Assembly: GCA_947175575.1 (NCBI GenBank) | Contig: CAMWNG010000003.1 | Location: forward strand, 9,796-73,795 | Direction: 5' to 3' | DNA: 64,000 nucleotides | DNA from: an uncultured Bacteroidales bacterium | GTDB taxonomy: Bacteria; Bacteroidota; Bacteroidia; Bacteroidales; Muribaculaceae | Shown: piece after piece, positions 9,084 through 19,169 of the stretch | How the letters are laid out: each line of letters opens with the position of its first letter | Position numbering within the stretch: the stretch's first letter is position 1 | Notes under the pieces: model-generated | The model's database searches: none | Told to the model about the DNA's origin: nothing | What the model saw: the letters and a program-made list of their open reading frames with translations, nothing else | Made by a program: the position numbers and the translations under genes

Positions 9084-10787
9084 ATGAACAAATTCATCAC
9101 AATAATAAAGAAAATCTTCTCGCCCATGTCGCTGATGTGGGTGCTTCCGTTGCTGCTCATAATACCAAATATTGTGCTTGATATAACGGAATACTCCTCC
9201 CCACTTGTTAAAATCGCCAACATACTTCTGCCCTGGGGCGTCTATATGCTGCTGACATCATGGAGCAAGAACGTGGGACGCACTGTGCTTTTCATGCTGC
9301 CACTGATAATTTACGCCGCATTCCAGATCGTCCTTTTATATCTTTATGGAGAGTCGATTATCGCGGTAGACATGTTCATCAATCTGGTGACCACTAATCC
9401 GGAAGAAGCAGGTGAATTGCTCGGAAACCTGGCACTGGCCATCATTACCGTGTGTCTCGCCTATCTTCCTCCTATAGGATGGGCCATATATCTTATCCGG
9501 AGCAAACGATACACATCCGTGGCTTTCCGCCGTCGCGGCCGTCGCACAGGATTCATCATGGCCGGAATCGGCCTTATTATGGTATTCGTATGCTACGGAG
9601 TGGTGAAACCTTTCAACATCTCACGCGATATCTTCCCTATAAATGTGATCAACAATACCATCACTGCGGCAAAACGTGTAAAGGCTACAGCCCGTTACTA
9701 CCAGACCTCATCCGATTTCAGTTATCAGGCATCGGCGACACATCCTATCGACACGAAAGAAATATATGTGATCGTGGTGGGTGAGACATCGCGCGCCGAC
9801 AATTGGGAGCTTTTCGGCTATGACCGGCCGACGAATCCCCGACTGAGTAAACGCAGCGACCGCCTTATCCTCTTCCCCAAGACATTATCTGAGAGCAACA
9901 CCACCCATAAAAGTGTACCCTTGATGCTCTCATGTTGCACAGCCGAAAACTTCGGAGACTCGATTTACACCTCTAAAAGTATCGTATCCGCCTTCAATGA
10001 AGCCGGATTCCGTACGGGTTGGCTGTCAAATCAGGGACGTAATCATTCGTTCATTGACTTCTTCGCACGCGAAGCACAAACAACAACCTTTCTGACCGAT
10101 GACGGTCAGCACCATTACGACATTGATCTTATAGCTCCGATGAAAGAATTCATCGAGAACTCGCCCAACAACAAACTGTTCATCGTGCTGCACTCTTACG
10201 GCTCGCATTTCAACTACCGTGACCGTCTGCCGGCCGACGACATCTATTTCACACCGGATGACAATTCAGAAGCTTCATTCGAAAACCGCGAACAGCTGCT
10301 GAACGCTTACGACAACACGATCCGGTACACCGACCGTTTCCTTGACAGTGTGATAACCGTCATTGACAATCAGGATTGCGTGGCTTCCGTTCTCTATGCC
10401 TCCGATCACGGCGAGGATATTTTCGACGACCGGCGCCACCGCTTCCTTCATGCATCGCCTGTACCGACATATAATCAGCTGCATGTTCCGATGTTCATAT
10501 GGACGTCGGAAGAATACGATTCGGTCTATCCTGAAAAAGTTGAGACTGCGCGAAGTCACAAAGACATGAATGTATCATCATCGCGCACAGTATTCGACAC
10601 TATGCTTGAACTCGGTGGCATCCGTTCGGCCTATGCAAGAACCACCAAATCATTAGCAAATCCCGACTATAATCAGGGGCGTCGGAGATATGTAAATGAC
10701 TACAACGAAGGTGTCGATCTGAAAAGCGCAGGCTTCCGTTCCTTTGATTACGACAATCTCATTAAGCACGAAATATCAGCACATTAG
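9084..10787 (+). CDS. phosphoethanolamine transferase (EptA-like, sulfatase superfamily)
   Basis: Five or so N-terminal TM helices followed by a sulfatase domain (VVGETSRADNW, HSYGSH, ASDHGE). 13-nt gap after the preceding OMP gene. Confidence 0.8.
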   Translation: MNKFITIIKKIFSPMSLMWVLPLLLIIPNIVLDITEYSSPLVKIANILLPWGVYMLLTSWSKNVGRTVLFMLPLIIYAAFQIVLLYLYGESIIAVDMFINLVTTNPEEAGELLGNLALAIITVCLAYLPPIGWAIYLIRSKRYTSVAFRRRGRRTGFIMAGIGLIMVFVCYGVVKPFNISRDIFPINVINNTITAAKRVKATARYYQTSSDFSYQASATHPIDTKEIYVIVVGETSRADNWELFGYDRPTNPRLSKRSDRLILFPKTLSESNTTHKSVPLMLSCCTAENFGDSIYTSKSIVSAFNEAGFRTGWLSNQGRNHSFIDFFAREAQTTTFLTDDGQHHYDIDLIAPMKEFIENSPNNKLFIVLHSYGSHFNYRDRLPADDIYFTPDDNSEASFENREQLLNAYDNTIRYTDRFLDSVITVIDNQDCVASVLYASDHGEDIFDDRRHRFLHASPVPTYNQLHVPMFIWTSEEYDSVYPEKVETARSHKDMNVSSSRTVFDTMLELGGIRSAYARTTKSLANPDYNQGRRRYVNDYNEGVDLKSAGFRSFDYDNLIKHEISAH

Positions 10788-10935
10788 GACAACATACCAT
10801 CTACCACAATAACAAAAGTTTCCCATTTCCAAACATCAATCCACTACTACACAAATAGTTAGGCATTTTTGAAATTAAAAAAGTTTCCCAAAACATTTTT
10901 CTCACAAAATATTTGGCGATTCAAAACATAAGCCG

Positions 10936-10943
10936 TACCTTTG
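10936..10943 (+). promoter_or_regulatory. -7 promoter box (TACCTTTG) for nrdDG
   Basis: Exact TAnnTTTG match 26 nt upstream of the ATG at 10969. Confidence 0.5.
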
Positions 10944-10968
10944 CAAAAGTATTCCAATTTTGCAAACC

Positions 10969-13176
10969 ATGATACAGACAGTAATAAAGCGCGACGGGCG
11001 CATTGTAGGCTTTAACGAAGAAAAAATCAAAGCCGCCATACGAAAAGCCATGCTGGCCACCGAGGCCGGCGAGGATGAAGGACTCATCAATAAAATCGCC
11101 ACACGAATCGCCACACGCGGCGACGAGCGCATGACTGTCGAAGCAATACAGGATCTGGTAGAGGTGGAACTCATGAAGAGTTCGCGTAAGGAAGTGGCTC
11201 GCCGCTATATCGCTTACCGCGACCAGCGTTCCAGAGCCCGCAAGGCTAAAACGCGCGACATGTTCCTTGAGATAATCGAAACCAAGAACAACGACATCAC
11301 CCGCGAGAATGCCAACATGAATACGGATTCACCTGCGGGAATGATGATGAAATTCGCGTCGGAAACCACAAAGCCCTACGTCGACGACTATCTACTGACC
11401 GACGAGGCCCTTCAGGCAGTGCGTCATGCATACATCCATATACATGACAAGGACTACTATCCTACGAAGAGTCTTACCTGCGTACAGCACCCCCTCGACC
11501 GCATACTGGAATACGGATTCATAGCCGGACATGGTGAAAGCCGCCCGGCCAAACGCATCGAGACTGCCAGCGTAATAGCCTGCATATCACTCGAAACGGC
11601 TCAAAATGAAATGCATGGCGGTCAGGCCATTCCGGCATTTGATTTCTACCTCGCTCCTTTCGTGCGTTCATCGTTCATAGAAGAGGTCAAGAACCTCGAA
11701 AACCTGTACGGAGAGGATTTTTCCGATCTTTACAACAAAGAATTCAAGGACTATGTGAAACGTCCGCTTGACGGACTCGAAGGCAAGGACAGGGTGCTCC
11801 AGCATGCCATGAACCGTACTGTAGCGCGTGTACACCAGGCCATGGAAGCCTTTATCCATAATATGAACACCATCCACTCGCGTGGTGGTAATCAGGTAGT
11901 TTTCTCCTCAATAAATTACGGCACCGATACTTCGGCTGAAGGCCGCTGCATCATACGCGAGCTCCTCAAATCGACATACGAAGGTGTCGGCAACGGCGCC
12001 ACTGCCATCTTCCCTATCCAGATATGGAAGAAAAAACGCGGAGTGAGCTATCTGCCCGATGACCCCAACTACGACCTTTACCAACTCGCATGCAAAGTTA
12101 CGGCACGTCGATTCTTCCCGAATTTCGTAAATCTCGACGCGACATTCAATCAGCATGAAAAGTGGCGTGAGGACGATCCCAAACGCTATATGTATGAGGT
12201 GGCCACGATGGGCTGCCGTACACGTGTGTTCGAGGACCGATATGGTGAAAAGACATCCATAGGACGCGGCAATCTGAGCTTCACAACCATCAACATCGTG
12301 CGTCTGGCCATCGAATGTATGAATATACGCGACCCAGAGGAACGTATCGAGCATTTCTTCACACGACTCGATGAAGTGCTCGAGATAGCCGCACGCCAGC
12401 TTTGCGACCGTTACAACTTCCAGAAAACAGCACTTGCAAAACAGTTCCCGCTGGTGATGTCCAAGTTATGGAACGGCTCCGACGTACTTAAACCGACCGA
12501 TACTGTAGAATCCGTAATCAACCACGGTACCCTCGGCATAGGTTTCATCGGCCTGGCCGAATGTCTGGTGGCTCTCACCGGAAAACATCACGGCGAGAGC
12601 GAGGAATCGCAGAAACTCGGCTTGCGTATCGTGAGCCACATGCGCTCACGAGCCAATGAATTCTCGGAACGCTACGACCACAACTTCTCCGTTCTGGCCA
12701 CTCCGGCCGAAGGTCTTTCAGGCACATTCACCGCCAAAGACCGTAAAACATTCGGTATAATCCCGGGCATCACCGATAAGATCTACTATACCAATTCGAA
12801 CCATGTACCGGTTTACTACAAGTGTTCTCCCCGCCACAAGGCCGAGGTAGAGGCTCCATATCACGAACTGACGCGCGGCGGCCATATTTTCTATGTGGAA
12901 ATAGACGGCGACGCCACCCATAATCCGGAAGCGATCGCCAACATTGTGGATCTCATGGACCGTCACAACATCGGCTATTGCTCTGTGAACCACAATCGTA
13001 ACCGTTGCATGGATTGCGGTTACGAGGACGCGTCCGAAGGGCTTGAAGAATGTCCCAAATGCCACTCGCACAACATTGACAAACTCCAGCGTATTACAGG
13101 CTATCTTGTAGGTACTACAGACCGCTGGAACAACGCAAAACTCGCCGAACTGAACGACCGCGTGGTTCATGAATGA
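10969..13176 (+). CDS. nrdD: anaerobic ribonucleoside-triphosphate reductase
   Basis: N-terminal ATP-cone (VIKRDGRIVGFNEEKI), C-terminal Zn ribbon CMDCGY...CPKCH and glycyl-radical tail RITGYLVG. The track start at 10960 is a TTG, and the ATG at 10969 fits the promoter better. Confidence 0.95.
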   Translation: MIQTVIKRDGRIVGFNEEKIKAAIRKAMLATEAGEDEGLINKIATRIATRGDERMTVEAIQDLVEVELMKSSRKEVARRYIAYRDQRSRARKAKTRDMFLEIIETKNNDITRENANMNTDSPAGMMMKFASETTKPYVDDYLLTDEALQAVRHAYIHIHDKDYYPTKSLTCVQHPLDRILEYGFIAGHGESRPAKRIETASVIACISLETAQNEMHGGQAIPAFDFYLAPFVRSSFIEEVKNLENLYGEDFSDLYNKEFKDYVKRPLDGLEGKDRVLQHAMNRTVARVHQAMEAFIHNMNTIHSRGGNQVVFSSINYGTDTSAEGRCIIRELLKSTYEGVGNGATAIFPIQIWKKKRGVSYLPDDPNYDLYQLACKVTARRFFPNFVNLDATFNQHEKWREDDPKRYMYEVATMGCRTRVFEDRYGEKTSIGRGNLSFTTINIVRLAIECMNIRDPEERIEHFFTRLDEVLEIAARQLCDRYNFQKTALAKQFPLVMSKLWNGSDVLKPTDTVESVINHGTLGIGFIGLAECLVALTGKHHGESEESQKLGLRIVSHMRSRANEFSERYDHNFSVLATPAEGLSGTFTAKDRKTFGIIPGITDKIYYTNSNHVPVYYKCSPRHKAEVEAPYHELTRGGHIFYVEIDGDATHNPEAIANIVDLMDRHNIGYCSVNHNRNRCMDCGYEDASEGLEECPKCHSHNIDKLQRITGYLVGTTDRWNNAKLAELNDRVVHE

Positions 13177-13636
13177 TACGCTCAGAGTGGTCGATATAGT
13201 CGAAGGGACGACAGTCGACGGTCCCGGACTGCGCACATCGGTGTATCTGGCCGGATGCGAGCACCGTTGCCCCGGCTGTCATAACCCGCAGACATGGCCG
13301 ACAGATGCCGGCCGGGACATGAGTGTGGAGGACCTGCTCGAGATAATCGATCACGCGGATTTCAATGTAACACTCACAGGCGGAGATCCCATATATCAGG
13401 CCTCAAAGCTCCTGCCTCTGCTGAAAGCGCTGGCCGAACGTGGCAAGACTGTCTGGCTATACACCGGTTTCACCTACGAGGAATTGCTCGGAATCCCGGA
13501 TGCCGTGGCATTGCTGCCGTATCTGGAAGCGATCGTGGACGGTCCGTTCATCGCTGATCTGCGCGACACCGCGCTGCGTTTCCGTGGTTCATCGAACCAG
13601 CGTATAATCAAACCAAACGGTGAGATCCTTTGTTGA
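13169..13636 (+). CDS. nrdG: anaerobic ribonucleotide reductase activating protein (radical SAM)
   Basis: GCEHRCPGCHN cluster motif, 155 aa, overlaps the nrdD stop by 8 nt. Confidence 0.92.
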   Translation: MNDTLRVVDIVEGTTVDGPGLRTSVYLAGCEHRCPGCHNPQTWPTDAGRDMSVEDLLEIIDHADFNVTLTGGDPIYQASKLLPLLKALAERGKTVWLYTGFTYEELLGIPDAVALLPYLEAIVDGPFIADLRDTALRFRGSSNQRIIKPNGEILC

Positions 13637-13661
13637 ATGTATAGAATAAAAACATTCAGCC

Positions 13662-15665
13662 ATGACCTCACATCCACAGCCATCCAATTCAGCCGACAGA
13701 CGATTTCTCGAACTGCTCGCCAACAATTTCCCCACCATCAGTGCCGCATCTACAGAAATCATCAATCTGGAGGCAATACTGAATCTGCCGAAAGGCACCG
13801 AACACTTTGTGGCGGATATTCACGGCGAACATGAGGCCTTCCGCCATATCCTGAAAAATGCATCCGGCAACATAAAACGAAAGGTCACGGAGATTTTCGG
13901 TACATCACTTACAAATTCGGACATACGCGAACTCTGTAGCCTGATTTACTATCCGGAACAGAAACTCGAATATATAATCAACACTCCTGGTTGCAATCTT
14001 AACGATTTCTACACCGTGACGCTTCATCGTCTGGTGAAAGTCGCACAGTCTGTATCATCAAAATATACGCGGTCGAAAGTTCGCAAGGCATTACCACGCG
14101 AGTTCGCCTATATAATCGAGGAACTGCTGCACGAAGGAGGGTCAGACCCCACGAGCAACAAGCAGGCATACTTCAACCGCATCATCGAGTCGATAATCTC
14201 GACTGGACAGGCTGACGCTTTCATAGTGGCCATGTGCAATGTCATACAACATCTGAGCATCGATCAGCTGCACATTCTGGGGGATGTCTATGATCGCGGC
14301 CCGGGTGCGCATATCATCATGGACACATTGTCCGAATACGATAAGTTCGACTTCCAATGGGGAAACCATGATGCGCTCTGGATGGGCGCGGCTTCGGGAA
14401 ACGCGGCATGTATAGCGAACGTGCTCCGCATATCGCTGCGATACGGCAACCTGGCGACTCTCGAGGACGGTTACGGAATAAATCTGCTGCCGCTCGCCAC
14501 TTATGCCATGGAACAATATGCAGATGATCCTTGCGAGGGATTCGAACCGCGGGTCGACGAGTCATTCGAGCTAACCGAAAAAACGGCACACCTCATATCC
14601 ACCATGCACAAGGCAATAACAGTGCTACAGTTCAAGATCGAGGGTAATCTGATAAGCCGGCATCCGGAGTGGGATATGGATGACCGCAGACTTCTGCACC
14701 GCATAGATTTTGACCGGAATACAATAACGCTGGACGACAAGACATATCAACTCCGACGTTCGGAATTTCCGACAATAGACCCGAAGGATCCATATCGTCT
14801 CACGGCAGAAGAAACTGCCCTTGTGGATAAACTCATCCATTCATTCCGCGTAAGCGACAAACTCAACAGACATGTCAAGCTGTTGCTGAGCCACGGAGCG
14901 ATGTACGGTGTGTACAATTCGAATCTGCTCTTCCACGCGTCAATGCCTCTTAACGCCGACGGGTCGCTGAAGGAGGTGAAAGTACGCGATGAAAAGCTAA
15001 AAGGCCGGGCTCTCCTTGACTGCGTGGATCGAATGATGCGCGAGGCTTTCAATCATGATAACAACGATGATGACCGACGTTATGCGTCGGACTATTACTG
15101 GTATCTGTGGTGCGGGCCCGACTCCCCGCTGTTCGATAAAGCCAAGATGGCCACTTTCGAACGCTACTTCATAGCTGACCCTGAAACATATCATGAAGAA
15201 AAGGGGCATTATTACACATTGCGGAACGATGAATCGATATGCGATATGATACTCGACGAGTTCGGGGTCAGCGGACCGCACCGTCACATTATCAACGGAC
15301 ATGTGCCGGTAAAACTGAATAAAGGCGAAACGCCAATACGCGCCGGAGGAAAACTGATGGTGATTGACGGAGGCTTCGCGAAGGCCTATCATGCCACCAC
15401 CGGTATGGCAGGCTATACGCTTGTGTTTCACTCGCGCGGATTCCAGCTCGTAAAGCATGAACCCTTCACATCGGCCGAAGAGGCGATAAAGAACGGGACA
15501 GACATCGTATCGACAACGGAAATCGTCGAACTTTCCGACCACCGGATGCAGGTGCGCGACACCGATAAAGGACGACAGCTTATGTCGCAGATAGCAGAGC
15601 TGCGCCAACTTCTGCACGCATACCGTCACGGCCATATCAAAGAAAGATGGTCCTCCAGAAGCTAA
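13662..15665 (+). CDS. fbp: fructose-1,6-bisphosphatase class III
   Basis: Length of 667 aa, and the N-terminal FPTISAASTEIINLEAILNLPKGTEHFVADIHGEHEAF is characteristic of class III FBPase (metallophosphoesterase). Confidence 0.9.
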   Translation: MTSHPQPSNSADRRFLELLANNFPTISAASTEIINLEAILNLPKGTEHFVADIHGEHEAFRHILKNASGNIKRKVTEIFGTSLTNSDIRELCSLIYYPEQKLEYIINTPGCNLNDFYTVTLHRLVKVAQSVSSKYTRSKVRKALPREFAYIIEELLHEGGSDPTSNKQAYFNRIIESIISTGQADAFIVAMCNVIQHLSIDQLHILGDVYDRGPGAHIIMDTLSEYDKFDFQWGNHDALWMGAASGNAACIANVLRISLRYGNLATLEDGYGINLLPLATYAMEQYADDPCEGFEPRVDESFELTEKTAHLISTMHKAITVLQFKIEGNLISRHPEWDMDDRRLLHRIDFDRNTITLDDKTYQLRRSEFPTIDPKDPYRLTAEETALVDKLIHSFRVSDKLNRHVKLLLSHGAMYGVYNSNLLFHASMPLNADGSLKEVKVRDEKLKGRALLDCVDRMMREAFNHDNNDDDRRYASDYYWYLWCGPDSPLFDKAKMATFERYFIADPETYHEEKGHYYTLRNDESICDMILDEFGVSGPHRHIINGHVPVKLNKGETPIRAGGKLMVIDGGFAKAYHATTGMAGYTLVFHSRGFQLVKHEPFTSAEEAIKNGTDIVSTTEIVELSDHRMQVRDTDKGRQLMSQIAELRQLLHAYRHGHIKERWSSRS

Positions 15666-15691
15666 GTCACTCTTAAATTCATATTAAGAAT

Positions 15692-15741
15692 TTAACCGAA
15701 AGCGCCGTATGCTCTGGATGGCATACGGCGCTTTCGGTTAA
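15692..15741. terminator. long perfect hairpin between convergent genes (bidirectional terminator)
   Basis: ttaaccgaaagcgccgtatgc pairs with gcatacggcgctttcggttaa (21-bp stem, 8-nt loop). It sits between the fbp stop and the stop of the efflux operon. Confidence 0.7.
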
Positions 15742-15750
15742 TGACGTACG

Positions 15751-16047
15751 TCAGACGCCTTCGGAATCAAGCGTCCATGTGAACGCGCGCAGCCCAAGAC
15801 GCGGACTCTCGGCATCGAAGGCACGCAAACGTGCAAGAAGGGATGCTACACGTTCATCCGGTACGACGGTCAGAATGGCCGAATTCATCGACGGCCAGGC
15901 ATGTGAGCCGTGATGTGGTTCTCCGTCCACACTGCCACGCCCTGTCACCTGTGGCCATGAAGTGTATCCGCGACAGTTCAGACGGTCAAGCACATCAACG
16001 ATGCGTTCATAATGAGCCTGGTCAAAGGTTATCATCACAGCTTTCAT
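15751..16047 (-). CDS. small P-II-like transporter-associated protein (resembles the 'PG0541 family' proteins found after RND pumps in Bacteroidales)
   Basis: 98 aa. Its ATG overlaps the RND permease stop (ATGA). The beta-alpha-beta-like N-terminus is MKAVMITFDQAHYERIVDVLD. The family name is recalled from memory, not searched. Confidence 0.6.
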   Translation of the reverse strand: MKAVMITFDQAHYERIVDVLDRLNCRGYTSWPQVTGRGSVDGEPHHGSHAWPSMNSAILTVVPDERVASLLARLRAFDAESPRLGLRAFTWTLDSEGV

Positions 16048-19000
16048 ATTGTAGCGTTTTTAAGGTGAGACTTACGGAATTTCCGCCGGCTGTTACGAAT
16101 GCCGGTCTTGGCGAATACGCAATACATCACAGGCACGAAGAGCAGGGTCAGAATCGTTGAGAAAGTCAGACCTCCGATGACGGCTGTACCCATCGGACGC
16201 CACATCTCGGCACCCTGACCTGTGCCACACGCCATCGGCACCATACCGAGAATCGTGGTCAGCGATGTCATAATCACAGGACGCAGACGCGAACGACCAC
16301 CGAGAACCACGGCACGTTTAACCGACATACCACGTTCACGGTTAAGTGTGATATAGTCAATGAGCACGATACCGTTTTTCACCACGATACCGATAAGCAT
16401 GATCGCACCGATAAGACTCATCACATTAAGTGTATGGCCTGACATCCACAGGATGATGAACACACCTGAGAAAGCGAACATTACCGAGGACATGATGATG
16501 GCCGGATATGTGTAGCTCTCGAACTGCGCTGCCATCACGATATACACGAGAATCAATATCAGCACGGCAAGCATCAGAAGATCGCGGAAAGAGTCCTGCT
16601 GATCTTCATACTGTCCGGCCAACTGGATCTGGATCCCTTGCGGAATATCCATCTTGTCAATCTTTTCAAGCGCCTGCTCGGCTATGAGACTCATAGGAAC
16701 GTCTCGTATAATGGTCGACACTGTGATTATGCGTTCGCGGTCCTTACGCTCGATGGTCGGAGGTGTATAATGCTCCACCACCTTGCCTACGTCTCTAACT
16801 CTCACGGCCTGACCGGCATTATTGTATATAAGGATGTTTTCAATATCGGCTATGGACGTACGGGATTCCGGTGCATACATCACCTTTATATCATACTCCT
16901 CACCATCCTCACGGAAACGAGAGGCCGTGGAGCCATTGATGCGGTTACGCAGGACATTGGCGGCCGTTGAGAGATTCAGGCCATAAAGCGCAAGTTTCTC
17001 ACGATCGAAGTCGACACGATATTCAGGCTGATAGTCGGCACGGGATATACGCACATCGGCCGTGCCTTCCAGTCCTTCGAGCATTCGTTTCATCGCGGCC
17101 GCTACGGAGTCGGTCTCCTCGAAATCATAGCCGTAAATCTCGAAGTCGATGGAGGCCTCACCACCCATAGCTCCCATGTTGCCGCCCACTTTCACCTGAG
17201 CTTTCTTATATTCAGGATAAGCAAGCAGGTCCTGACGCATCAGGTTGGCGATCTCCGTAATCTTACGGTCGCGCAGTCCGGGGTCGGTGAGACGTATATT
17301 CATCGACACAATGTGAGAACCGTTGTCCTGAAGTGAGGCGAACACGTTGTCGCTCGATGCCGAACCGGTAGTATAATTTATCACCTGAATCTCGGGATAC
17401 TGCTCGCGCCATTGGCGAACCAGACGTGAAGTGACCTCATCGGCAATTTCAACACGTGTACCGATGGGCAATTCCAGACTCACCGAGAGACGACCGTCGT
17501 CAGCCGTGGGAAAGAATTCCGTACCCACATGCTTCATGAGGAACAGCGAACCGACAAATGTAGCGAGACAGAAGATTATGGTGAGAGTACGGAAGGATGT
17601 TACCTTGCCGAGCAGCCAGGCATAACCGGCATCAAAAGCATCAAGCGCTTTCTCGATGGGACCATACAGTGTGGTGAAAACTTTTCCGTGATGATTTACG
17701 CGCCGGAGCATCAGAGAACAGAGCATCGGAGTGAGCGACAGCGCGCATACGGTCGAAATAATCATCATGATGGTAACCATCCAGCCAAGCTGACGGAACA
17801 ATACGCCCGTCATGCCTGTAACCATCGTAAGCGGGAAGAATACAGCAATAAGAGTCAGAGTCGAAGCCACGACTGACACCGCCACCTCGTTAGTGCCATG
17901 AATCGCGGCTTGCTTCGGGTCAGACCCGCGTTCGATATGGGTGGTGACGTTCTCGAGAACCACAATTGCGTCATCCACCACCATACCGATCGAAATGGAC
18001 AAGGCGGACAAGGACACAATGTTAAGGGTATTGCCGGTGATGGCAAGGTATATGAACGAAGCTATAAGCGAGATCGGGATTGTGATACAGATAATCAGCG
18101 TGGCGCGCCAGCGTCCGAGGAAGATAAAAACCACTATCATCACAAACAGGAGTGCGTACATCACCGTTTCGACAAGAGAATTGATAGTGTTGCGTATGTT
18201 GTCGGATGTATCAACGATAATTCCCAACTTGACATCGCTCGGCAGACGTTTCTGAAGCGAAGGCAACATCTTGAGTACCTTGTTCGAAATCTCGACCGAA
18301 TTGGCGCCGCTCTGTTTCTGCACCACGATCATGGCACCTCGTTCACCGTTGTTATATGTCACCTGGGCTCGTTCCTCGAGTGAGTCATCAATTCTTGCAA
18401 CATCGCGCAGATAGACATTCTTACCACCGAACGAACCCACGACAATATCGGCCATCTGGTCCGAAGAAGTGAACTCGCCCTGCACGCGCAACGAATATGT
18501 GTCCGAACCGACGTCGAACACACCACCTGGAATATTACGGTTTTCAGCCGCCACGACAGCGCTTATCTGCTCTACGGTAAGATTATATGCCTCGAGACGT
18601 GCCGGATCGACATATATGTGAATCTCACGTTCCGGTGCACCGGATATGGAGACTGAACCCACGCCGGAGATACGCGCGAGTGGGTTTGCCACCGCGTCAT
18701 CAAGGATTTTATACAGACCCGGCATGCTCTCCGTGGCCTGTACGGAAAGCAGCAGGATAGGAATCATGTCAGTGGAGAATTTGAAAATGATGGGAGTCTC
18801 GGCATCGTCAGGCATAGCCGATGAAACCATGTCGAGTTTATCACGCACATCGTTGGTCAGCACGTCGATATCCTTGCCGTATTCAAATTCCATCGTTATC
18901 ACCGAAATATTCTCGCGCGACTTAGAAGTGATGTGCTTGAGGTCGTTGACCGAGTTCAACACATTCTCGAGCGGACGGGTGACATTCTGTTCTATGTCGG

Positions 19001-19169
19001 CCGCCGACGCACCCTGATATGTGGTCATCACCATCAGGGTGTTCGATTCAATATCGGGATATAGGTCGATAGGCAGCGTCCTGAGCGAGAAAAGACCGAG
19101 CACCACCACTGCTACAAAGCAGAGGGTGGTCATGATTGGACGCTTTACTGCACCGCTGTATATACTCAT
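16044..19169 (-). CDS. efflux RND transporter permease subunit (AcrB/HAE1-like)
   Basis: 1041 aa with 12-TM/2-loop architecture. The N-terminus KRPIMTTLCFVAVVVLGLFSLRTLPIDLYPDIE is typical of the family. Confidence 0.95.
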   Translation of the reverse strand: MSIYSGAVKRPIMTTLCFVAVVVLGLFSLRTLPIDLYPDIESNTLMVMTTYQGASAADIEQNVTRPLENVLNSVNDLKHITSKSRENISVITMEFEYGKDIDVLTNDVRDKLDMVSSAMPDDAETPIIFKFSTDMIPILLLSVQATESMPGLYKILDDAVANPLARISGVGSVSISGAPEREIHIYVDPARLEAYNLTVEQISAVVAAENRNIPGGVFDVGSDTYSLRVQGEFTSSDQMADIVVGSFGGKNVYLRDVARIDDSLEERAQVTYNNGERGAMIVVQKQSGANSVEISNKVLKMLPSLQKRLPSDVKLGIIVDTSDNIRNTINSLVETVMYALLFVMIVVFIFLGRWRATLIICITIPISLIASFIYLAITGNTLNIVSLSALSISIGMVVDDAIVVLENVTTHIERGSDPKQAAIHGTNEVAVSVVASTLTLIAVFFPLTMVTGMTGVLFRQLGWMVTIMMIISTVCALSLTPMLCSLMLRRVNHHGKVFTTLYGPIEKALDAFDAGYAWLLGKVTSFRTLTIIFCLATFVGSLFLMKHVGTEFFPTADDGRLSVSLELPIGTRVEIADEVTSRLVRQWREQYPEIQVINYTTGSASSDNVFASLQDNGSHIVSMNIRLTDPGLRDRKITEIANLMRQDLLAYPEYKKAQVKVGGNMGAMGGEASIDFEIYGYDFEETDSVAAAMKRMLEGLEGTADVRISRADYQPEYRVDFDREKLALYGLNLSTAANVLRNRINGSTASRFREDGEEYDIKVMYAPESRTSIADIENILIYNNAGQAVRVRDVGKVVEHYTPPTIERKDRERIITVSTIIRDVPMSLIAEQALEKIDKMDIPQGIQIQLAGQYEDQQDSFRDLLMLAVLILILVYIVMAAQFESYTYPAIIMSSVMFAFSGVFIILWMSGHTLNVMSLIGAIMLIGIVVKNGIVLIDYITLNRERGMSVKRAVVLGGRSRLRPVIMTSLTTILGMVPMACGTGQGAEMWRPMGTAVIGGLTFSTILTLLFVPVMYCVFAKTGIRNSRRKFRKSHLKNATI

